From the IMG/VR virus record IMGVR_UViG_2671180892_000013: DNA of 36,388 nt, one strand, 5' to 3'. Source of the stretch: a virus. Taxonomy: Duplodnaviria > Heunggongvirae > Uroviricota > Caudoviricetes. Both the position numbers and the translations under genes were made by a program. The notes beneath the pieces were generated by a model. That model saw only the letters and a program-made list of their open reading frames with translations, made no database searches and was not told the DNA's origin. Below are positions 28,001-36,388 of this stretch, in pieces (the stretch's first letter is position 1; the number at the start of each line of letters is the position of its first letter).

Positions 28001-28016
28001 CTGTTTATATTTACAG
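28001..28016. promoter_or_regulatory. LexA (SOS) box
   Basis: CTGTTTATATTTACAG is an exact CTGT-N8-ACAG match; a second partial box (CTGTATACATAACCAC) lies just upstream on the plus strand. Confidence 0.65.
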
Positions 28017-28110
28017 TATATAATAATCTTACTGATGTAAAACGTTTTTTTACGTTCATCGGCCTGATATGCCTGGTATTATTAAGAGCACGAATTGTTA
28101 ACCCGCGTAA

Positions 28111-30525
28111 TTAATACAGGTTCCGCCACTTATCATCTTCCTTCAGACGTTGGTTCCGATAGAAGATACGCAGGCCTGCTCCTGACGGAATACTGCCGCC
28201 GCGAAGGAGCAAATCGACTTCTTTCTCGCTGCCATCAAATCCCCTGGACTTCAGTTCATAGACGAGCTGCTGTCGCTGATGGTCTGTAATTCGCTGTTTG
28301 TAGTCTTTACGCCGTTTCGGTTTCACCTGGCGTAACCTTGCAGCCAGTTCCCGGCGCTCTTTTTTGCTCATACTGTGCAGGTAATCGTGCAACTCCTTGT
28401 CATTCATACGGGTAATATCCGTTCTGGAGTCCCCATCAGCTGATTTGTCTTTCCCTTGTTGGTTCAAATTTTCAGCAAGGGGACAGTTATTGCCACGAGT
28501 CCAAGGGGCGCAAGCGCCCTGGTCGGCTGCCGCCTCCTGAACGTCAACGGCCTTACGAACCATTTTCCACTTCACTGCATGAGTGCAGATCTTGCCCTCT
28601 GCAATGGGTGACCAGATGCCATAAATACGAATGCCGTGATCGCCATAGGCGGTCGGCTCTTCGTTGATTTCATAAGCGGTTCTGATCAGGTGATATTTGC
28701 GGGGAACCAGTACGCCGCCCTGCTTCATGATGTAGGTGGCAAAACAACCAGCATCAGCAGCAGCCAGGATTGCATCAAGGCGCGGGTTATCCAGTACCGG
28801 CGCACCTGCTTTTTTGTCCCCCTGTTGCCTTGCCGCCTGACCAGCCAGCAATCGCAGTTCACGGTAAGCCTGACGCCCCGGAATGCCAAAGAAGCGGAAT
28901 TGCTGAACACGATGCAGAGACGCCCAGGCATTAACGTATTCAGCATTATCACGCAGGGATTTCCCCGTTTCCTTGCTGATCTCGCCAGCCAGACCACGCC
29001 CGTCAATGTTCTTACTGATGTATTTCGCGATGTAGCTTGTTGGCGTACCTTTGCGCGGGTTAATCAACTCAGACTTAAAGCGCGGCCCCGTGTTATTGCC
29101 CAGCTCCTCGCGGTCTTCACGGATAGCAAACTTACGCAACAATGCAGTAATGGCGCGGCGGTCTTTTTTGCGCATGAAACACAACAGGTGCCAGTGAACT
29201 GTGCCGTCGTGATGCGGCTCAGCCACCCGCACGCCATACCAGCGCAACCCGGCTTTGTGCATCGCCTTACGAAATGCAGCAAACATACCGACCAGATAAT
29301 CGCTGCTTTGTCTTACCGTCGCGTTTTTCCAGGTCGGGTTGGGTCTGCCGTTATTGCGCGTGGAATGGAAACGTGACGGACAGGTAATGGTGTAGAAAAC
29401 GGCGCAGTCACCGCGCATTTCCGCGATAAGCTCCAGACCTTTAACACAGGCCATCATCTCATTGCGGCGATGCGCCGGGTTGCTGCAGCTGGCGTTTACC
29501 ACATCTTCCATATCCAGCACGTCTCCGTCTTCGTTCACCAGTTCATGAGAACGGAAAAACTCCAGCGACTTACGGCGCTGCTCACGTTTATGCATCACAG
29601 CTTCATAGCTGACATAGGGAGATGCTTTTTTGCTGACCAGGCAGACAGCACGCAACTGCTCTTCCCGCCATTCGCAACGCATCTTCCACAATTTCCGATA
29701 CCACCAGTCGGCGCACAGCATACGCGCCAGCGAGCCCGGAATGAGTTCATAGGGCACTGGTTTACGGCGGTTTCTTTTCCGACGGAGTTGCTCAAACGCA
29801 GGCGGGATGACATCCAAACGTAGGGTTTCCGCTGCCACCTTTTCCCATGTCTTGCGGATTTCTTCTGGCTTAACATCATCGGTGGCGTACAAATCACCAC
29901 AAGCGGCATCAAGACACATGCTCATATGCGCAGCGACAAGGGTAGACAGGCGTTTCACCTGATCCTGACTCATTTCAGGCAGGATCAGCAGGCCGTCCAG
30001 CCCTTCATGGCTTGCCATAAAGCGAAAAGAAGTGGATAGCTGACTGTCGCGTACATGCTCCAGTCGTTCCAGACATGGCTTAATCGTCTCACGCAAATAG
30101 CGGGAATAAGCCTTTGGCCTGCCCAGGCTGCTGAAGTATTCAATACGTTGCATCAGCGGCTTGCTGATATGGGAAGGCTGGGCGTTGACGTCAGCCAGAA
30201 TGACCATGTCTGGATTAAAACGCTGCTGCTCATGCGCCAGCTTTGCCCGGCTAATGAGCTTATCCTGCTCCATTTCGCGCTGGACAGGATCACGGGATTC
30301 ATTAAAGAAATAACGCTCCCAGACCTGCTCACTCAGTGCCTCGCGGCGCAGTTGTTCCTGCTCGTTATCGGCAGCATACAGAGTGATCAGGTTTGAAAGT
30401 GCAGACTCCGGCGCAACTTCCGCCGGGTCCAGATAAGGGTTAATGGCCTTTTTCGGGCCGTTCCATGAAAATGATGCAGCGGCCTCGTTAAAGCCGCTAG
30501 AGTTGCTCATATCGTCATGACTCAT
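28111..30525 (-). CDS. A: replication initiation protein A (rolling-circle HUH endonuclease)
   Basis: 804 aa; HWH (HUH) motif and YIAKYISK tyrosine pair; large early gene downstream of dam. Confidence 0.85.
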   Translation of the reverse strand: MSHDDMSNSSGFNEAAASFSWNGPKKAINPYLDPAEVAPESALSNLITLYAADNEQEQLRREALSEQVWERYFFNESRDPVQREMEQDKLISRAKLAHEQQRFNPDMVILADVNAQPSHISKPLMQRIEYFSSLGRPKAYSRYLRETIKPCLERLEHVRDSQLSTSFRFMASHEGLDGLLILPEMSQDQVKRLSTLVAAHMSMCLDAACGDLYATDDVKPEEIRKTWEKVAAETLRLDVIPPAFEQLRRKRNRRKPVPYELIPGSLARMLCADWWYRKLWKMRCEWREEQLRAVCLVSKKASPYVSYEAVMHKREQRRKSLEFFRSHELVNEDGDVLDMEDVVNASCSNPAHRRNEMMACVKGLELIAEMRGDCAVFYTITCPSRFHSTRNNGRPNPTWKNATVRQSSDYLVGMFAAFRKAMHKAGLRWYGVRVAEPHHDGTVHWHLLCFMRKKDRRAITALLRKFAIREDREELGNNTGPRFKSELINPRKGTPTSYIAKYISKNIDGRGLAGEISKETGKSLRDNAEYVNAWASLHRVQQFRFFGIPGRQAYRELRLLAGQAARQQGDKKAGAPVLDNPRLDAILAAADAGCFATYIMKQGGVLVPRKYHLIRTAYEINEEPTAYGDHGIRIYGIWSPIAEGKICTHAVKWKMVRKAVDVQEAAADQGACAPWTRGNNCPLAENLNQQGKDKSADGDSRTDITRMNDKELHDYLHSMSKKERRELAARLRQVKPKRRKDYKQRITDHQRQQLVYELKSRGFDGSEKEVDLLLRGGSIPSGAGLRIFYRNQRLKEDDKWRNLY

Positions 30526-31379
30526 ACACGCACCTCGTACACAGCAGAACTATCCACGCCACGCGAAGGATCAAATCCCACCCAGCAGCGCGCCCCGGAA
30601 ACAGCAATGATTTCTGTTGCAGATTTACTATCACCAGCTGCCACACCGATGCTGCGTTTTGCCTTGATGTAGTGGTGAGTAAAATTGCGATACAGCGAAC
30701 GGATCAGGGATGTGTCACTGTTAGAAACAATGACGGGATGTCCTTCTGATGACCGATGTTCAAGAACGGATGCCAGGTGATACTGGTCATCTTCAGTGAA
30801 GCCGTCAGTGTGATAACCGGAAAACGTACCGTCATAAGGCGGATCGCAATACACCACATCCCCCACCTGCAGCATCGCCAGCGTTTCATCAAAGCTGGCG
30901 CAGATAAACGTTGCTCGCTGGGCTTTCTCTGCAAATGCGCGAATTTCTATTTCAGGGAAATACGGATTTTTATAATTACCGTAGGGAATGTTGAAATGCC
31001 CGCTCTTGTTATAGCGACATAACCCACGGTAACCGTGACGATTGAGATACAGGAAATATACCGCTTTCATGAAATCAGTAATTTCAGTTGAGTAATTAAA
31101 CTCCTGCCTTATGTTGTAATAAGCCACCTCCCTGTTTGCGATCTCAAATAAAACTTTGGCGCGAGATATAAACGATTCACAATCAGCGGCAACCTTTTTA
31201 TAGAAGTTGATTAAATCAGGATTAATATCCGCAACCAGATAGCACGGATAATCCGTCTCCATCATCACAGCACAGGAACCCGCGAAAGGTTCAACCAGTC
31301 GCGGACCAGCAGGAAGATGTTTTTTCAGTTCGGACATTACGGCGGTTTTATTTCCCGCCCATTTCAGGATGGTGCTCAT
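30522..31379 (-). CDS. dam: DNA adenine methyltransferase (Dam-like, N6-adenine)
   Basis: ATG at 31377-31379 with ggagg SD gives about 285 aa starting [11 protein letters not shown]; FAGSCAV and DPPY motifs. Confidence 0.85.
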   Translation of the reverse strand: MSTILKWAGNKTAVMSELKKHLPAGPRLVEPFAGSCAVMMETDYPCYLVADINPDLINFYKKVAADCESFISRAKVLFEIANREVAYYNIRQEFNYSTEITDFMKAVYFLYLNRHGYRGLCRYNKSGHFNIPYGNYKNPYFPEIEIRAFAEKAQRATFICASFDETLAMLQVGDVVYCDPPYDGTFSGYHTDGFTEDDQYHLASVLEHRSSEGHPVIVSNSDTSLIRSLYRNFTHHYIKAKRSIGVAAGDSKSATEIIAVSGARCWVGFDPSRGVDSSAVYEVRV

Positions 31380-31603
31380 ACAGCACCTCCGTTGTAATGT
31401 TTGCCTTTCAGCTCTGCGATTTCCTGACAGGTAATGCAAAGCTGCACACCTGGAATGGCGCGGCGGCGTGCTGGCGGAATTGGCGCTTCACACTCAATGC
31501 AAAGCACGCGGGACACGCCCGGCGTTTTGGCACGGGCAGCACGGATATGGCGCTGGCGTTCTTCTTCAACGCGCTGCTGTACAAGATCCATTGCATCAGC
31601 CAT
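31376..31603 (-). CDS. TraR/DksA-family C4 zinc-finger protein
   Basis: 75 aa with CIECEAP ... CITC cysteine pairs. Confidence 0.65.
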   Translation of the reverse strand: MADAMDLVQQRVEEERQRHIRAARAKTPGVSRVLCIECEAPIPPARRRAIPGVQLCITCQEIAELKGKHYNGGAV

Positions 31604-31842
31604 TAGTGGATCTCCTGCGCTTCGTTCTGGATTGCTTCAGCAGTTACACGCAGTAGTTCTGCTGCTTCGACGTGGTTTAGCTGGCGGGATGTGATATGAC
31701 ACGCCAGGCTATCAAGGCGAGCTGCCATTGCTTCAGCCCTTGCCCGGCGTTCTTCCAGACGAGCCTCTGTCAGTAAAATATTAAGCCCTGCATCATCCGG
31801 TCCGGTTTTAGTCGTGAGGGTTTCAATATTACGCATAATCAA
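31603..31842 (-). CDS. hypothetical early protein
   Basis: 79-aa ORF in the early operon; no recognisable motif. Confidence 0.5.
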   Translation of the reverse strand: MIMRNIETLTTKTGPDDAGLNILLTEARLEERRARAEAMAARLDSLACHITSRQLNHVEAAELLRVTAEAIQNEAQEIH

Positions 31843-31903
31843 TTCTCCTGAATTTAGATAAAGGGATACCCGGCGGGTTTACGCCATTAATTTCATTAGT
31901 TGG

Positions 31904-32245
31904 TTAATTCGGCATGGTTAGCCGTCTGGGAAATAAGCTCACCACTGCACGAAAATGATTCATTGCTTTAATCAACTCCCGCTTTTCGTCAGTGGTCAGC
32001 TCATTAATGCTGATGCTATGACGTTCAGCTGGAATTTTTGCCATAAAGAATATAGCAGCCAGTGCCCGTTTATTTTGTTCGTTATTGATATCCCGTGGAT
32101 CACGCATATCTTTAATAAACCGCTCAAGCTCTGACTCAATATTCAGGCCAAATACTTTCGCCCTTAACTCCGCAATATGGTTAAGTCCATTCAGGCGTTC
32201 ACCGGGGCTTAATGGAACAGTCGCCGCAGCGCCTTCAATAGCCAT
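31904..32245 (-). CDS. hypothetical early protein
   Basis: 113-aa ORF between the cII-like gene and A. Confidence 0.5.
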   Translation of the reverse strand: MAIEGAAATVPLSPGERLNGLNHIAELRAKVFGLNIESELERFIKDMRDPRDINNEQNKRALAAIFFMAKIPAERHSISINELTTDEKRELIKAMNHFRAVVSLFPRRLTMPN

Positions 32246-32439
32246 TTGTTCCCCCGTTTTTTCGTAGATAGTTCTGCCAGCAATTCATCTTGTGAACTGC
32301 ACGGATGCCAGCGTTTACCATCCTCCCCCATGATCCAGCCGTGACCGTAGTGCATTGCCGGGCTTTGTTTTACCAGCAGCGATGCAAATGATGGTTCTTT
32401 CGTCAGCATAAGCACCTCACAGCAAACCGAATGAGGCAC
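32209..32439 (-). CDS. hypothetical early protein
   Basis: 76-aa ORF overlapping both neighbours; start uncertain. Confidence 0.4.
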   Translation of the reverse strand: MPHSVCCEVLMLTKEPSFASLLVKQSPAMHYGHGWIMGEDGKRWHPCSSQDELLAELSTKKRGNKWLLKALRRLFH

Positions 32440-32935
32440 CGAGGCCAGTCACGGTATCAACTGCACTCGCCATCGCAGGATTAGCCTGTAAACGGGCCTG
32501 CAATGAAACAGCAGCCAGCGCCATCAGTCGTGTAACAGAGTTAATGCTGCTGATCGCATCACGACGGCCTGCACTGGTTTTTACATCGCCAGAAACCGCA
32601 CCTGCTGCGACACGCCCTATCTCTGCAGTTGCACTCATAACGTAATGCGGCAGTTTCTCTTTCGCTACCTCATTAATCGGAACACATGGCAGACAATGAA
32701 TCTGTGCCAGAAAACCATCTACCAGCGTTGAATCTTCAGTCAGATCGGTAAGCAGCCAGATTTCTGGTGCGGTTAATAAATGAGGTTGAGCTGGGTTCAG
32801 CTTGTTCCGCAGAATCTGTACATTTATGCCTGCACGTTCTGCCAGTTGCACCAGGTTGTGGCGCAGTGCAAATGCACGACAGGCTTCATCAAAATGTGGA
32901 TGTTTGGAAACTTTATAATCAAACATAGTTTTCAA
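32417..32935 (-). CDS. cII: CII-like HTH transcriptional activator (phage 186 CII family)
   Basis: 172-aa ORF (possible start at 32926, [10 protein letters not shown]...); HTH segment [19 protein letters not shown]; immediately downstream of the apl-like gene. Confidence 0.65.
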   Translation of the reverse strand: MKTMFDYKVSKHPHFDEACRAFALRHNLVQLAERAGINVQILRNKLNPAQPHLLTAPEIWLLTDLTEDSTLVDGFLAQIHCLPCVPINEVAKEKLPHYVMSATAEIGRVAAGAVSGDVKTSAGRRDAISSINSVTRLMALAAVSLQARLQANPAMASAVDTVTGLGASFGLL

Positions 32936-32990
32936 CTCCGAACTTATCGCAAAATCGAACTCACCGTCTTATTGCGAAAGTAGACGGTTA

Positions 32991-33194
32991 TTAAGCAGAC
33001 AAAGCATCAACTGTCAGAGCAACCAGGTTAATCATTACCTTTTCACGTTTTTTGTCTTTTCGAAGACGATGACGAGGTAGTCGGCCATCAGCCAACATAT
33101 CGTTAATCGTATCAATAGAAAGGCCTGTCAGTTCGCTATAACGTTCGATCGTGACATGTGGTGTATTCAGAGTAATTGAAATGTTAGGTGTCAT
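32991..33194 (-). CDS. apl: Apl/Cox-like excisionase and switch regulator
   Basis: ATG at 33192-33194 with aagga SD; about 67-aa HTH protein, first gene of the lytic operon, divergent from cI. Confidence 0.6.
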   Translation of the reverse strand: MTPNISITLNTPHVTIERYSELTGLSIDTINDMLADGRLPRHRLRKDKKREKVMINLVALTVDALSA

Positions 33195-33339
33195 AAGGCA
33201 ACATTCCTTATAGATATGGCTTGTGGCGAGCCGTAGTTTGTCGTGATTAGTAGTGAAGGCTCCAAAAGAACACTTCTGGTTCAACTTTAAGATCGCTTTT
33301 GGAATCTGTCAACGAATTTTGGATTTCCTTGGAGGACTC

Positions 33340-33915
33340 ATGGATTTCAGCAGCGGTGGTAAGAAAGTCATTGAACGTCTAGTTGAGGCGTACGGGTTCT
33401 CTACGAGACAAGCTCTTTGCGATCATTTGGGAGTATCCAAGAGCACCATGGCTACACGTTACATGCGAGACATCTTCCCTGCAGATTGGGTTTTGCAATG
33501 TGCTATTGAAACTGGTTATCCACTAGAATGGCTGGCATTCGGTATAGGGGACAAAAAACCCTCAAATATAAATGCACAAATTTTGGTACCAAAGAAAAAA
33601 TTAATTTCAGGAACGTTAATTGAAGATGGAGCATATATTTTTGATAAAACATTCTTACCTGAAAAAATATGTAATCCGTTCATCATTCAAGATCTGGATA
33701 ACGAATACATATGTAGCTCTGAATATAATGACATAAGCGATGGATTGTGGCTAATAGGCATAGACGAAAAAATTTCGGTCCGAACCCTGACCCGCTTACC
33801 TAATAACAGGTTATATGTTGAAGGAGGAAATCGTGGCTTTGAGTGTTCCAGAGATGAAATACAGGTTATTGGAATTGTGTGGTGCTGCATACTAAGAAGA
33901 GCAGAAAAATTTTAG
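33340..33915 (+). CDS. cI: CI-like immunity repressor
   Basis: ATG at 33340 preceded by ggagga; 191 aa, N-terminal HTH-like region (ERLVEAYGFSTRQALCDHLGVSKSTMATRY); 186 CI is about the same length. Confidence 0.7.
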   Translation: MDFSSGGKKVIERLVEAYGFSTRQALCDHLGVSKSTMATRYMRDIFPADWVLQCAIETGYPLEWLAFGIGDKKPSNINAQILVPKKKLISGTLIEDGAYIFDKTFLPEKICNPFIIQDLDNEYICSSEYNDISDGLWLIGIDEKISVRTLTRLPNNRLYVEGGNRGFECSRDEIQVIGIVWCCILRRAEKF

Positions 33916-33946
33916 TACTCAATATATTAAATAACTGGAGTTCTAA

Positions 33947-35278
33947 ATGCCTATTGAATATACGTTTGATTATCGTGATGAGTTCCTTCGTAAGCCTATT
34001 GCTGAAAAATTAATAGCTCTACTGAACTCTGATATTAACTTATCTCCGCTGGTTATAGATGGCGGATGGGGCACGGGAAAAACAGAGTTTTGCAAAAAAG
34101 TTGCAAATCTAATTGAAAACAATAATCAAAAACATAAAGTAGTTTACATTGATGCTTTCGCTGAAGATCATAATGATGCCCCCATTTTGACGTTAATGGC
34201 AGGTGTTGCTGCACTTTTGCCCGAAGACAAACGAAAAGAGTTGATAAGCAAAACACTACCAGCAATACGTTTTGGTTTGAAAACCATTTTCAAAGCTGGC
34301 ACTGGATGGGTGTTAAAACAAAATGCAGATGACATTGTTGATGGCTTCGAAGATGCTATCAAAGAAGCCACTTCGAGTGCAATCGACAGTACAATTGAAA
34401 CATTATTAGACGATCATATAGAAGCACAGAAAAACATCGAGACATTGAGAAATACAATTTCGCAACTTACAGAGAAATTTAAAATAACGATTATTATAGA
34501 CGAACTGGACAGATGTAAACCTACATTCGCTCTTTCAATCATAGAAAATATTAAACACATTTTTGAAATAAAAAACTTGAATTTTGTTTTGGTTGCAAAG
34601 ACTCAACAACTCAAAGCATCAATAAGCCATCTGTATGGTTTATCCATAAATGCAGAACAGTATTTAGACAAATTCATAAAATTTACATTTGTATTGCCCG
34701 ATACATTTAAACCAGACAACTATACACCTGCATACGCATCTGTCGCTTTATGGGAAATATTAAAAAATGATTCTCAAAGACTGCAAGAAGTAAACGAAGA
34801 ATGCGGGCATATTATAAAAACGATAATACAAAGAGCTAAGTTGTCTTTACGTGAAGTAGAAACATTATCGCGCCATTTTGAAATATATCAGGTGCTATCT
34901 CAATCTGGAATTGGTCCAGAAAAAATATTTGGTTATTCATTATACCGAACGTTAGGAGTGATGCTATATTCTCTAAATCGCCCTTTGGCATTAAGCTATC
35001 TAGATAATTCTGTGGATGCAGAAAGTACTATCAAAACATTAGGCTTTGAATATTTAAGTTATGATGAGGATATTTATAGTGTAGATAATACTGAATATGC
35101 TATTTATGGGATCGTACTAGACTATATTGATGCAACATCTCCATTCTTTATAAAGGATGATGAAACCAGAAAAAAATGGACTGAACATGCTACCTATAGT
35201 TTCTTTCAAAAGGGCTTAAATACTGTTCCTCCCCGAAAACTTGTTTCGTCCGCCATTGAAGTTTTAATGCTCAACTAA
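33947..35278 (+). CDS. KAP-family P-loop NTPase; cargo gene between cI and int
   Basis: 443 aa; Walker A GGWGTGKT, Walker B IIIDELDRC; strongly AT-rich codon usage. Confidence 0.7.
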   Translation: MPIEYTFDYRDEFLRKPIAEKLIALLNSDINLSPLVIDGGWGTGKTEFCKKVANLIENNNQKHKVVYIDAFAEDHNDAPILTLMAGVAALLPEDKRKELISKTLPAIRFGLKTIFKAGTGWVLKQNADDIVDGFEDAIKEATSSAIDSTIETLLDDHIEAQKNIETLRNTISQLTEKFKITIIIDELDRCKPTFALSIIENIKHIFEIKNLNFVLVAKTQQLKASISHLYGLSINAEQYLDKFIKFTFVLPDTFKPDNYTPAYASVALWEILKNDSQRLQEVNEECGHIIKTIIQRAKLSLREVETLSRHFEIYQVLSQSGIGPEKIFGYSLYRTLGVMLYSLNRPLALSYLDNSVDAESTIKTLGFEYLSYDEDIYSVDNTEYAIYGIVLDYIDATSPFFIKDDETRKKWTEHATYSFFQKGLNTVPPRKLVSSAIEVLMLN

Positions 35279-35356
35279 AGATGTATAATTGACTGATTTC
35301 ATACATTGACACTGATTATATACAGTAAAAATGCTCTCCACTGGAGGGCATTTTTT

Positions 35357-36388
35357 ATGGCAGTACGAAAACTCACCACAGGAAAATGGCTTTGCGAATG
35401 TTACCCCGCCGGACGTAGTGGGCGTCGTGTGCGTAAACAATTCGCCACCAAAGGCGAAGCACTGGCTTTTGAGCGTCACACGATGGAAGAAACCGAAGCA
35501 AAGCCCTGGCTGGGTGAATCAGTGGATCGTCGAACACTGAAAGACGTGGTTGAGCTATGGTTCAAACTACATGGTAAATCTCTGACAGCTGGGCAGCATG
35601 TCTATGACAAATTGCTGTTGATGGTTGACGCTCTAGGCAATCCTCTTGCAACCGATCTCACCTCTAAAATGTTTGCCCACTATCGAGATAAACGCCTGAC
35701 AGGCGAGATCTACTTCAGCGAGAAATGGAAGAAAGGAGCAAGCCCGGTCACCATTAACCTGGAGCAAAGCTATCTAAGTAGTGTTTTTAGCGAACTATCC
35801 CGTCTGGGCGAATGGTCGTATCCGAACCCACTGGAGAACATGCGAAAATTCACCATCGCAGAAAAAGAGATGGCATGGCTTACCCATGAGCAGATTGTTG
35901 AATTGCTGGCTGATTGCAAACGTCAGGACCCAATTCTGGCACTGGTAGTTAAGATATGCTTAAGCACAGGCGCACGCTGGCGTGAAGCCGTAAATCTTAC
36001 CCGCTCACAGGTGACCAAATACCGAATTACCTTTGTAAGAACGAAGGGGAAGAAAAACAGAAGCATCCCTATCAGTAAAGAGCTTTACGAAGAGATCATG
36101 GCGCTTGATGGGTTCAATTTCTTCACAGACTGCTATTTTCAATTTTTATCCGTGATGGAAAAAACGTCTATCGTGCTCCCTCGCGGTCAACTGACACACG
36201 TTCTGCGCCATACGTTTGCGGCGCATTTCATGATGTCGGGTGGAAATATCCTTGCTTTGCAAAAAATCCTCGGACATCACGACATAAAAATGACCATGCG
36301 TTACGCACATCTGGCACCGGATCACCTGGAAACTGCATTACGGTTTAATCCGCTGGCAACACTACCAACATCAACAGCAACTGTTTGA
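35357..36388 (+). CDS. int: tyrosine recombinase / phage integrase
   Basis: ATG at 35357 preceded by ggaggg; C-terminal catalytic signature (HVLRHTFAAHF ... HHDIKMTMRYAHL); stop codon is the last three bases of the window. Confidence 0.88.
   Translation: MAVRKLTTGKWLCECYPAGRSGRRVRKQFATKGEALAFERHTMEETEAKPWLGESVDRRTLKDVVELWFKLHGKSLTAGQHVYDKLLLMVDALGNPLATDLTSKMFAHYRDKRLTGEIYFSEKWKKGASPVTINLEQSYLSSVFSELSRLGEWSYPNPLENMRKFTIAEKEMAWLTHEQIVELLADCKRQDPILALVVKICLSTGARWREAVNLTRSQVTKYRITFVRTKGKKNRSIPISKELYEEIMALDGFNFFTDCYFQFLSVMEKTSIVLPRGQLTHVLRHTFAAHFMMSGGNILALQKILGHHDIKMTMRYAHLAPDHLETALRFNPLATLPTSTATV

Larger units (their letters stand above)
2780..36388. mobile_element. P2/186-family prophage (continues to or past the window end; left boundary approximate)
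   Basis: Complete P2-like late gene set in canonical order, 186-like cI/apl/cII switch, A replication gene and an integrase ending at the last base; AT-rich junction after the ybjL terminator. Confidence 0.9.

Noticed and set aside
28636-29376. 246-aa plus-strand ORF within replication gene A
   Set aside because: Antisense to gpA, which carries the HUH and tyrosine motifs; no start context.
1-36388. CRISPR arrays, tRNA/rRNA genes, IS elements
   Set aside because: No regularly spaced short direct repeats, no cloverleaf-like tRNA segments and no transposase-like ORFs were seen; the only notable repeats are the tail-fibre duplication and the CATGC cluster near cos.

Overview
The window opens with three E. 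coli-type chromosomal genes (grxA, ybjM, ybjL). From about 2.8 kb to the window end it is a near-complete P2/186-family myovirus prophage. On the minus strand, in order: ogr/B, D, U, T, E+E', FII, FI, G, H, I, J, W, V, then S, R, lysC, lysB, K, holin, X, L, M, N, O. P and Q follow on the plus strand. Beyond a cos-like motif lie an SOS-controlled small-gene pair, the replication/early operon (A, dam, TraR-like, small ORFs, cII-like, apl-like), then cI, and int ending at the last base. Embedded in this backbone are four AT-rich cargo islands. The one I rate highest is a translationally coupled two-gene operon between the portal gene and cos: a ParA/MinD-type deviant Walker-A ATPase followed by a SIR2-like (GAGxS...HG) protein. 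I cannot assign it to a named defence system, so it is a candidate undescribed anti-phage module. The other cargo genes are a KAP-family P-loop NTPase between cI and int, a multi-pass membrane protein between S and V, and a small GNAT-like protein at the left prophage end. All calls rest on reading the sequence and the ORF track and on recalled family motifs; no database search was run. No tRNA, rRNA, CRISPR array or IS element was recognised.
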